From Acidobacteriota bacterium (GTDB lineage: Bacteria > Acidobacteriota > UBA890 > WLXD01), in NCBI GenBank assembly GCA_965248695.1, contig CBDFKD010000002.1, forward strand, positions 1 through 64,000: DNA of 64,000 nucleotides, written 5' to 3'. Under the pieces are notes generated by a model. That model saw only the letters and a program-made list of their open reading frames with translations. It searched no databases and was not told the origin of the DNA. The position numbers and the translations under genes are program-made. The first letter of the stretch is position 1. The number at the start of each line of letters is the position of its first letter. Positions 9,901-17,635 of this stretch are shown here, one piece after another.

Positions 9901-10349
9901 TCATCGCCTCCTTCCGTTTCCTCGGCGATCTCCAACAGCCTCGCCTTGACGGCCCCGTCTTGTTCCTGCTCGGCGTGCTGGCGCAGCAGCGCGGCGAGCT
10001 GGGCGTTGTCGGAGCTGATGCCGTTGAGCTGCATGGCGAAGTCGGAGATGCGGCGCACCGCCTTGAGCGACTTACCACCCAGCGTCTCCAACTGCGCCTT
10101 GGAGGCGAACATGCGCGAGCCGTCGGGGTTGATGACCGAGCTGGCAACGACGTGCAGGACCGCTTGCTTCTGGTTCTTTTGGAACATCTCGGCGAAGTTC
10201 AGCGAATCGTTGGTAGACCACGGCTTCATCAGCACCGAGCCGCCCCATTCCGGCACGAACAGTTCCATTTGCTCGATGTCCTGGGCGTCCTCGACCTGCT
10301 CGAAGCTGAGCGGTGCTTCTTTCTGGCCCTTCTTGGTCTGTTTGCTCAT
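9888..10349 (-). CDS. Tail assembly chaperone gpG-like
   Basis: 153 aa with VPEWGGSV motif, between the major tail and tape measure genes. Confidence 0.85.
   Translation of the reverse strand: MSKQTKKGQKEAPLSFEQVEDAQDIEQMELFVPEWGGSVLMKPWSTNDSLNFAEMFQKNQKQAVLHVVASSVINPDGSRMFASKAQLETLGGKSLKAVRRISDFAMQLNGISSDNAQLAALLRQHAEQEQDGAVKARLLEIAEETEGGDEGED
9894..9900 (-). promoter_or_regulatory. Programmed -1 frameshift slippery site G GGG GAA
   Basis: GAG GGG GAA GAC TAA ends gpG; a -1-frame TGA just upstream restricts the shift to this site; GGGGGAA is the heptamer reported for mycobacteriophage L5. Confidence 0.8.
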
Positions 10350-10352
10350 GTC

Positions 10353-10775
10353 TTACACGTTGGTGTCGATGTAGGCGCCCGACGGCCGCACGGTGATGTC
10401 CTCGGTGAGCTTGTTGTCCATGTCGGCCTGGAGCCCGCCCATCGCGCTGATGAAGCCGGAGAAGATGAGCTCCGAGTTGTCCGGGTAGGTGATGCGCCAG
10501 CCGTCCGTCTGGCCAGCCTGAAACGATGCTTCCAGACTCCCATAGGAGGCGCCGTCCGGGTCAACCTGAACGTTGAGGGTCACCGACTCGCGCCGCTCGA
10601 TACCGCCCGGGATGTAGTAGTCGATGTCGTCGGCCAGCGAGGTCGTATCGATCTCCTCGCGCGATCGCGCCGGCGAGTTTACGCTCAGCAGCTCGCCAAC
10701 GTTGACGAATGCGCCCGCGCCGTTGTCTTGGCGGGCAATGATGGTTCCGTGGGATCCGAGTGCGTTGGTACCCAT
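10353..10775 (-). CDS. Major tail tube protein
   Basis: Start MGTNALGSHG with AGGGAG RBS; EEIDTTSL..YIPG..WRITYPD..FSGFI is a lambda-like tube signature. Confidence 0.88.
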   Translation of the reverse strand: MGTNALGSHGTIIARQDNGAGAFVNVGELLSVNSPARSREEIDTTSLADDIDYYIPGGIERRESVTLNVQVDPDGASYGSLEASFQAGQTDGWRITYPDNSELIFSGFISAMGGLQADMDNKLTEDITVRPSGAYIDTNV

Positions 10776-10799
10776 TTTCAGTTGCTCCCTGTTGTTGAT

Positions 10800-10955
10800 G
10801 GATATTCCGTGTTTTCGGGCCACAGAAAAGAGCGCCTTACCGGTGCGGTATCCGCACAGGCAGGGCGCCCTCTCCTGCATGCCCTTGTCGGGTGTCGCGC
10901 TCCTGAGCTAGGAGTTGTCGGCGCGGGGATCAGCCGCGCCCTAGCGACAACCGGT
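10800..10955 (-). ncRNA. Candidate structured cis-regulatory RNA in the leader of the major tail gene
   Basis: 13-bp stem 10824-10836/10864-10876 with three G-U pairs valid only on the minus strand; hairpins 10843-10857, 10900-10914 and 10914-10951. Confidence 0.5.
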
Positions 10956-10965
10956 ATTCGTTACC

Positions 10966-11385
10966 TCATGCGGCGGTCACCTCTGTGTTGCGAATGTCCA
11001 GGGCCACGTGCGCGTCCCACGCCATGCCCCGAGCCGCGGTGTAGGAGGCGGCTCGGGTGGTGATCTGTGCCGCCGGCCGATGCGTATCGCGGATCTGGTT
11101 GTGCGTGTCCAGTGGAGATGCGCCACCCGACGGCATGATCAGCAGATACGGCCCGTCCCCCGTTGGAATGACCGCTTTCGGACCGGCGAAGATGTCTCGG
11201 TTTTCCACTGGTGTCCAGGTGCCCACCCCTGCGTTGACCAACAATCCGATCAGCTCCTCCTCGAACTGCTCAGTGGGGTCGCACTCGGCCCGTACGTTGA
11301 AGGCGAACAGCACGCGGTCTGAATCATCCAGCGCCAGCGGAAACGGATCAGTGTCCGGTTTTAGCGACAGGTAGGTGGTGCTCAT
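10966..11385 (-). CDS. Tail terminator/minor capsid-like connector protein
   Basis: Start MSTTYLS overlaps the upstream stop (ATGA); RPAAQITTRAASY motif; position before the major tail gene. Confidence 0.7.
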   Translation of the reverse strand: MSTTYLSLKPDTDPFPLALDDSDRVLFAFNVRAECDPTEQFEEELIGLLVNAGVGTWTPVENRDIFAGPKAVIPTGDGPYLLIMPSGGASPLDTHNQIRDTHRPAAQITTRAASYTAARGMAWDAHVALDIRNTEVTAA

Positions 11386-11804
11386 GATGCCGCCTTCAGC
11401 TTGTCGAGTTCGGCGGCGATCTCGCGCGCCATACTTGGCACCGCGGCCATCAGGGGCTTCTCCAAGTATTTCCAACTCTTGCCGGCCCGGTGCGACAAGT
11501 CAGGGTTTTCATGTTGCACCAAGGCATACGGCGCTTCCGGTCCGCCATACGCGAGCGTCACCTCGACTTGCCGGCCTCGGCGCTCCGGCAGCTGCACATG
11601 TCCGGTGCTCTTGAGCGCTCCGTCCCGGACCGGCACGTAGTTGTCCTTGGAGTCGGCCATGACGTTTTCGGCCTGGCGATAGGCTGCTGCTTCCACTTGC
11701 ACGACCGTGTTGGCTATCAGGCCCTTGAGTGCCTTGTGCATCTGGTCAAAGCCTTCGAAGCCCACCTTGACGAAGCGTCCCCTGGAGTCACGCAGTCTTG
11801 CCAT
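11382..11804 (-). CDS. HK97 gp10-like tail completion protein
   Basis: VPVRDGALKSTG..YALVQHE..KYLEKP motifs. Confidence 0.8.
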   Translation of the reverse strand: MARLRDSRGRFVKVGFEGFDQMHKALKGLIANTVVQVEAAAYRQAENVMADSKDNYVPVRDGALKSTGHVQLPERRGRQVEVTLAYGGPEAPYALVQHENPDLSHRAGKSWKYLEKPLMAAVPSMAREIAAELDKLKAAS

Positions 11805-11832
11805 TAGCCACTGCCCCTGTCCGTTGCCTGGA

Positions 11833-13020
11833 TCATGAGGCCACCTTCAGCACGGGCTTTTGCAGCACCGACTTCACGGCTTGTACGAACGCCGCGCCGA
11901 CGTTGTCCCAGCGGTAACAGTCGCTAGATGCCAGCTTCATTCCCGCGCACGACAGCTCGTGGCGCAACGCGCCATCCCGGTACAGCCTGTCGAGCGCCGC
12001 GATGCACTGCGCCTTGTCGGCGATGCCACCGATGGCATTGATGCCGTTGGGCGTGGCGATGGTAGATGTACACGGCACCCGCAGCGCGGCGCCCTGGGTC
12101 CACTCCCCGAGTGCGGACCAGTCGGGAACGATCTGCGGGATGCCGCAGGCCATTCCCTCCAGCTGCGTGAGCCCGAACCCCTCGCCCTGCGTGGTGGTGA
12201 TCATCGCGTCCATGCACGCATACATCCACGCAAGCGCTCCCTCCGGGGCCCCGTTGCCGATGTCCGGTTCCGACAGCACCACCCGCCCGGCCAGCCCGTA
12301 ATAATCGGCCAGCTGCCGAAGGTCGTAGCCTTGGTCGCCGGTCGGACACACGTGCAAAAATAACGCCGCATCCTCAATGCCATGCTCCTGAACCCACTCG
12401 GCAAAGTACTGGATCGTGAGATCGAGGCGCTTGCGGGGCTGGTTGCGGTTCACGTTGCCGACGATGAAGGAGTCGCTGAACCGCTCGATGCCGATGCGTT
12501 CCTTGGAGCGCGCCTCCTTCCGATCCCGAGCTTGGAACACCTCCAAGTCCACGCCGAGCGGCACCACGGCGCTGGCACCTTCGTAGCCTCCAGAGCGCGC
12601 CTCGTTCGCCGCGAACTGGGTCCAGAAGACGGCGAGGTCCAAGCCCCCCAACGCGCCGCCGCGGCAGTTGTTACCGTCCACCGCAATCCACCCGACCGTG
12701 ACGCCCTGGTAGTCGGCGCACTCCAGCTGTCTCATGTACGCGGGGATGTTCCAGGGGTCGTTGAGTAGCACCACGACATCCGGATCGTGCTCGCGAACCA
12801 TGTGCGGCAAGCGGACCGTCCCGAACGCATCCTCACGGCGGAACGGCCGCGCGGCGGGGTAGACAGGGTAGTCGTAATCGTGCGGGTCACCCCCGTGGTT
12901 GATGCCGAGCACGCGCACCTCCCAGCCGCGAGCGTGCAGCGCGTTGCAGGCGGCGCGGGTGCAGCGCTCAAACCCCGTGGCCACCCCGGCATCACCGACC
13001 CACAGTACCTTCCGATTCAC
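11833..13020 (-). CDS. GT4-family (GT-B) glycosyltransferase, phage-encoded
   Basis: TGFER N-terminus; NVNRNQPRKRLD; EGFGLTQLEGMACG (EX7E motif). Confidence 0.9.
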   Translation of the reverse strand: MNRKVLWVGDAGVATGFERCTRAACNALHARGWEVRVLGINHGGDPHDYDYPVYPAARPFRREDAFGTVRLPHMVREHDPDVVVLLNDPWNIPAYMRQLECADYQGVTVGWIAVDGNNCRGGALGGLDLAVFWTQFAANEARSGGYEGASAVVPLGVDLEVFQARDRKEARSKERIGIERFSDSFIVGNVNRNQPRKRLDLTIQYFAEWVQEHGIEDAALFLHVCPTGDQGYDLRQLADYYGLAGRVVLSEPDIGNGAPEGALAWMYACMDAMITTTQGEGFGLTQLEGMACGIPQIVPDWSALGEWTQGAALRVPCTSTIATPNGINAIGGIADKAQCIAALDRLYRDGALRHELSCAGMKLASSDCYRWDNVGAAFVQAVKSVLQKPVLKVAS

Positions 13021-13949
13021 GCTGCGACTCCCTGGTGAATAGCTTGCGCCGTCGCGTGGAGACTTTCTTTGTCCGGGTAGATACCTCGACCATCTCGACC
13101 GTCGATCAGGTGCACCGCCTCACCGTCAAGGATGAAGTTCCACGGCTGGATATCGCCATGGGGCACCTCGGGTAGCGTCGTCCGCCGCACCAACTTAGCC
13201 ACGGCCTGGCCGCTGGGGTAGATGCCGCCGAGCAGCTGATAGGTGCGGAGATTGATGCCGGCGAGCCATTCCCGCTCCTGGCCCTTGCGCTCAAAGTGCA
13301 CACGCTTGTCATGCGGTGTGGAGGTAATCGACACGGGGCCCAGCGGCACCGTGGCCGCCACATCCAGGTAGGCGCGGCTGATGGTGCTCTTGGGCCTCTC
13401 AAACAGCCACAGGGGCCGTTGGGCATCGCTCACGTGGCTGGGCGTTGTTGTCAACAGGCGACCGGCGCGCTGCTTGAAGAACGCGTGGATGCCCGACACG
13501 GCCGCCTGGTTGCAGGCGCCGGTGTCGTCGGGACTGGGCGTCTCGATGATCACGTTGTCACCGAGCTGCAGTACGGCCCCTGCCGCGCGCCGCCAGTCTA
13601 CAAAGTGATGCAACACGTTCAGCGCCAGCACCACATCGAAGTGCTCGCACGTGGCCAGCTGCTCCAGCTCAGAGGCCGTAACGTGATGCTGCAAAAGGAT
13701 CGTTCGGGGTGCGTCGTTGCGCTCGCACAGTGGCAAAAGCCGCGTTCCGCCCTCCACCATTACGCAGACTGCGTCGTAATCCTGTCCGATGCGGAAGCTG
13801 AAGTAGCCCTCCGATGCGCCGATGTCCAGCACGGTAATGCGGCGGCTGTAGCCATCCAGCACACAGCGAATCGCCCCATAGCGTGACGCGCACTGTCTTT
13901 GTCCACGCTGAGCCAGCGAGCCCCGAACCCATGTGTCTTGGTACGGCAT
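13017..13949 (-). CDS. WbdD-like class I SAM methyltransferase with C-terminal kinase-like segment
   Basis: VLDIGASEGYFS, FDVVLALNVLHH, VIIE, HVSDAQRPLWL; C-terminal HGDIQPWNFILD..HLID catalytic-loop-like motif. Confidence 0.75.
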   Translation of the reverse strand: MPYQDTWVRGSLAQRGQRQCASRYGAIRCVLDGYSRRITVLDIGASEGYFSFRIGQDYDAVCVMVEGGTRLLPLCERNDAPRTILLQHHVTASELEQLATCEHFDVVLALNVLHHFVDWRRAAGAVLQLGDNVIIETPSPDDTGACNQAAVSGIHAFFKQRAGRLLTTTPSHVSDAQRPLWLFERPKSTISRAYLDVAATVPLGPVSITSTPHDKRVHFERKGQEREWLAGINLRTYQLLGGIYPSGQAVAKLVRRTTLPEVPHGDIQPWNFILDGEAVHLIDGRDGRGIYPDKESLHATAQAIHQGVAA

Positions 13950-13963
13950 CAGCTAACCACCCT

Positions 13964-14296
13964 TCAGAAAAACACTTTGTCGTGGTGGGGACCGTTTTCG
14001 TCCCGCACCGGAAAGGCGCGGCGCACGATCACCTCGCGGTCCTGGAAGTCTTCCGGCAGCGTCAGCCGATCGCCCTGCTTGACCCCATAGGATCCGGCGA
14101 AGATGACCTTACCCTTGGTGACGAACTCCTGGCCGTCCTCGCCGATCATGCGCTCGCCACCAGCACCCACCCGCGCGGACCGATCCACTTTGTCCTCGTA
14201 GGTCGGATCCCCGAAGCCGTCGGTTCCGGTTAAGGTTTCGACAGCGACCGTATCGGACAACATGTCGCTAAACTGTCCGGCGATCGCGTCCGTCAT
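13964..14296 (-). CDS. Head closure/head-tail joining protein
   Basis: 110 aa with TDGFGDPTY; follows the adaptor gene. Confidence 0.7.
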   Translation of the reverse strand: MTDAIAGQFSDMLSDTVAVETLTGTDGFGDPTYEDKVDRSARVGAGGERMIGEDGQEFVTKGKVIFAGSYGVKQGDRLTLPEDFQDREVIVRRAFPVRDENGPHHDKVFF

Positions 14297-14638
14297 CTAC
14301 ACAACTCGGAAGTGGCGATTGTTATTGGCCGCCTGAGTTCCACGCTGCTTGAACTCGTTGATCTGCTCCCGCAGCGCCTCTGCGACGCTTGTCTCCATGC
14401 CCCACCGGAGCCTGAAGTCATCGACTGTCTTTTCCATCACGCCCTCGCCCTTGCCAGCCCAATGGCTCAGCAGTGTCGACAGTGCCCGAGCCGCGGCGTA
14501 GTAGACGTTCGCCTCGGTAGCCAGGAACACGTCCAGCTCCTCGTCCTGGAACAGGGCGCTGTCGGTATCGGTGTCCTGGATCAACAAGCGCAGCGTATTC
14601 CGATCGGTCCCGGAGCCCGCGGTATAGGTGGTCGTCAT
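14297..14638 (-). CDS. Head-tail adaptor protein
   Basis: LRLLIQDTD..FQDEELDVFL..YYAAA motif, immediately after the capsid gene. Confidence 0.75.
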   Translation of the reverse strand: MTTTYTAGSGTDRNTLRLLIQDTDTDSALFQDEELDVFLATEANVYYAAARALSTLLSHWAGKGEGVMEKTVDDFRLRWGMETSVAEALREQINEFKQRGTQAANNNRHFRVV

Positions 14639-14698
14639 CCCGCCTCCAGGGCACGGGGCGCGCCTTCGTTTGACGCGCCCCGACCCCTACTTTCAGCA

Positions 14699-15742
14699 TC
14701 AGGTGATGTTGCCGGCGCACACACCGGATTTGCTGTTGTAGTCGCTCTTGACGCGCGGAACGATGCAAGCGAAGACCGTCCACTTCACCGTCCACTCCAT
14801 CTCTGGAGCCGGCATGATCGCCACGGGCTGCTGCCCCACGATCACGTCGCACACGTCGCTGGTGTCCTGCATCAGCAGCGTACGGTCGTCCGGTAGCAGG
14901 TCCGCCGTGCCGACGCGCAGATTCCGGCCACCGAACGTGAACGACTCCAACACCTCCTGGATGGAGCGGTCGACGGTGGCAGTACCGTCACTCCAACGCT
15001 TCTGCAGCTTCGCCCCGTAGGGCGTGGGTACGTACAGCGTGTACGGGCCGTAGAACTTGTCCGTTGACAGCACGGCGCGCATCGCGAGCACATCGGTCTC
15101 GATCTCCGCACCGGTGTGGCCGGCGTCGTCCCAGGCCTCGCCCCCTGTATATGCCTGCGTGTTGGTGGTGCCCAACAGCCCGGGGCTGGAGTTGCCACCC
15201 ACGGTCGGTCCGCCATTAATGATGGCGTCCTCGATCGCGTAGTTGACGTTGCGCACCGCCTGCTCGATCTCGTCGGTGTCCAGTGGACGACCGGCGCGCT
15301 CGGCAGCAGCCAACTCGCGAACGTTGAACGAGAACTCGTCCCACGTGACGTAGATCGGCACGGTGTAGGGCGTCTTGTCCTGCAATCCGCCCTCGCCCTT
15401 CGCCCCCGGGATCATGCCTCGCTGCGCCGCCCTCGACTCGCCGACCTTGTGCGAGGTCAGCTCGAGGATCGACAGCCAGTTCGACATCGACACAGGGTTC
15501 TGGTCGATTCGATCGGCAGCAACCACGAGCCCCTCTCGGCCGACGCGAACGATCGCGTCGTCGATGAACTCGTTGCTGTACTGCCACATCGGACCGAGGC
15601 CGCGCATCTGTGCCTCGCGGTACTGCGCGGCCCGCATCGCACCGACATTACCTTCGTGCCGGAGCAGCTGCGACAGGGACGCCCCGACAGCGGCTGGAGC
15701 GTTTTCGAACGTTGACATCATCTGTGCTCCAGGAGCCATCAC
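14699..15742 (-). CDS. Major capsid protein, HK97 fold, encapsulin/Linocin-M18-like
   Basis: PIYVTWDEFSFNVRELAAAER.GRPLDT, EDAIING and GPYTLYVP motifs; 347 aa in the capsid position. Confidence 0.85.
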   Translation of the reverse strand: MMAPGAQMMSTFENAPAAVGASLSQLLRHEGNVGAMRAAQYREAQMRGLGPMWQYSNEFIDDAIVRVGREGLVVAADRIDQNPVSMSNWLSILELTSHKVGESRAAQRGMIPGAKGEGGLQDKTPYTVPIYVTWDEFSFNVRELAAAERAGRPLDTDEIEQAVRNVNYAIEDAIINGGPTVGGNSSPGLLGTTNTQAYTGGEAWDDAGHTGAEIETDVLAMRAVLSTDKFYGPYTLYVPTPYGAKLQKRWSDGTATVDRSIQEVLESFTFGGRNLRVGTADLLPDDRTLLMQDTSDVCDVIVGQQPVAIMPAPEMEWTVKWTVFACIVPRVKSDYNSKSGVCAGNIT

Positions 15743-16191
15743 AGCACCTCCACGTACAGCCGCGTGTCTTGGGTGACAGAGCCGGGGCTGGAGGCGGCAA
15801 CGAATCCGCCCGGTCCGCTCGTGTACGCCTTCAGCTTGCCGTCACCGTTGGACTGCAGCAGCGCACCCTGGGTGATGTCCTGGCCTGACGGGATGACCCC
15901 GTAGAACCGATCACCTGGGTACAAGTAGCCGACCTTGACCAGATCGCCCGCCGCGTAGGCGGTGTCGACCCCGTGGTTCAGCTCGATCTCGTCCAGAGCC
16001 ACCGCCCGTGCGGCGGGATCGTCGGCCGAGTCATGCACACCCCACTTCAGGGCGCCGGAGTCATCGTGCAGCTGTACCAGCATCCCGGGGGTGATCGACT
16101 CCGCCGCGGCCAGGTCGTTGCGGATGCGCTCCGCGGGGATCTGTGACGGCGAAATCGCGATCGTGTTGGGGGGGCGCTTTGTGATCGCCAT
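15739..16191 (-). CDS. Capsid decoration/cement protein
   Basis: 150 aa with AAESITPGMLV and LQSNGDGKL; between scaffold and capsid genes. Confidence 0.7.
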   Translation of the reverse strand: MAITKRPPNTIAISPSQIPAERIRNDLAAAESITPGMLVQLHDDSGALKWGVHDSADDPAARAVALDEIELNHGVDTAYAAGDLVKVGYLYPGDRFYGVIPSGQDITQGALLQSNGDGKLKAYTSGPGGFVAASSPGSVTQDTRLYVEVL

Positions 16192-16192
16192 G

Positions 16193-17635
16193 TCAGTTCA
16201 CCTCCGCCTGCTTGCTCAGGCCGTAGGGGTCGGGAGGCTGGAAACGGGACAGGTCCTCGCCACCGTTAGGTAGCGCGCGAGCCGCGAACGTCGGCTCGGC
16301 AACAGCCTCGGCCCCCGCCAGCTTGGCGATGACCTCAAGCTCTTCAACGTCCTTGTCCTGCAGGTACTTGTCGGGGCACTCGGTTCCCGCCGCCTGGATG
16401 GCCGCGATGAGCTGCTCCTTGCGAGCGGCACGAATGGCCTTGCGCTCATCGAGGGCCGCCCGCATCTCGCGATACGTCTCCTCGTCCACCTGGTGCATCT
16501 TGGCCCCGGTCGGCTCGGCGCCGGCAAGCTCCTCCTTGCGCTTGTCGGCGGCCACGTACCGCTCGGCCTGCTTGCTAAGCTCCTCGGTGCCCTCGGCCAG
16601 GCTGTGGGACGCCTCGATGCGCTCCACCGACAGACCCGACAGATACTCCTCGTCCGCCTCGGTGAACGGGCTGTAAGCGTGTTGAATGAGCGCTCCGATG
16701 CGCCCCTTGAGATCGGTCATTTCAGGCCCTCCTTGTTCTGAATCCTGGGCGGCTTGACGGCCACCACACTCACAATGCTCGGAATCAGGGCAGCCGCATG
16801 GGCTCGCCCCTGCTCCCACCAGGTCCTCCTCCAACAGGTCGCGGATCCCCGCCATGACGCGTCGCAAAAGCGACGGCTTGTCGGTTCGGTTCATGTTCTC
16901 GTCCTTCGTGGCTTCCGATTCATGTGCTTCATCAAGCTCCAGGTCCTCGTTGGTAGCCACCGGTTCATGTGCCATGAGCTTGTCCTTGGTCAGATCTGAT
17001 TCGTGTGCCTCATCGAGCTCCAATCCATCGGCGCACACCCGCATGGCCACGCGCGGAGCCCCACACCCCATCTCGTTGTCGCAGGCGCCGAGCACTCCTT
17101 CCGGGAGCATGGCGAGGTGGTCGGAGCCAATGTCCGTCCAGGTTGCGACGTACTCGTTGCTGTCGATCTGTCCGGGGGTGTTGTTCGTTCTCACCCATGC
17201 CCCGATGGACACCTCGATCGGTTCCCCCACGAGCGCTCGTTCGAGTACACCTTCCGCATCCGGCCCAACGGCCTTGGCCTTGTCGGCATCCAGCCACGCC
17301 TCGACCACCAGGCGGTTGTTGCGAAAGCTCGGATTGGCGATGCGACCGAAACACGCCCGCTCGCAGGTACCCGGGTCGTTAGCTGATACCGGCTCCCCAG
17401 AAGCATCCATGGGGTGGTCACCAACGACAGGACGACCGTTCCATTCCGAGTGTGACCGCTCGATCACGGATGCGGGAACGAGCTCCGGCCCTGAGGCGTT
17501 GGCGGCAACAATCACCTGGTCGCCCACCAGCGCCACCACCGGAACCACGACGTGCTCACGCCCCTCGAAGCTCGCCGTACGAACCTCCGCATCCACCGCG
17601 CCGCGCAGCGTCAGGCCACGGAACACCCTAGCCAT
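16193..17635 (-). CDS. DUF2213-like prohead protease fused to an acidic coiled-coil scaffold
   Basis: NGRPVVGDHP, EVSIG, DHLAMLPEGVLGAC..GCG; likely start MARVFRG. Confidence 0.8.
   Translation of the reverse strand: MARVFRGLTLRGAVDAEVRTASFEGREHVVVPVVALVGDQVIVAANASGPELVPASVIERSHSEWNGRPVVGDHPMDASGEPVSANDPGTCERACFGRIANPSFRNNRLVVEAWLDADKAKAVGPDAEGVLERALVGEPIEVSIGAWVRTNNTPGQIDSNEYVATWTDIGSDHLAMLPEGVLGACDNEMGCGAPRVAMRVCADGLELDEAHESDLTKDKLMAHEPVATNEDLELDEAHESEATKDENMNRTDKPSLLRRVMAGIRDLLEEDLVGAGASPCGCPDSEHCECGGRQAAQDSEQGGPEMTDLKGRIGALIQHAYSPFTEADEEYLSGLSVERIEASHSLAEGTEELSKQAERYVAADKRKEELAGAEPTGAKMHQVDEETYREMRAALDERKAIRAARKEQLIAAIQAAGTECPDKYLQDKDVEELEVIAKLAGAEAVAEPTFAARALPNGGEDLSRFQPPDPYGLSKQAEVN

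Noticed and set aside
9548-10147. 199-aa alternative-frame ORF across the chaperone genes
   Set aside because: Wrong frame for the gpT-like sequence; low-complexity shadow ORF
14699-15742. Stand-alone encapsulin or bacteriocin system
   Set aside because: No cargo gene; embedded in a full phage head module
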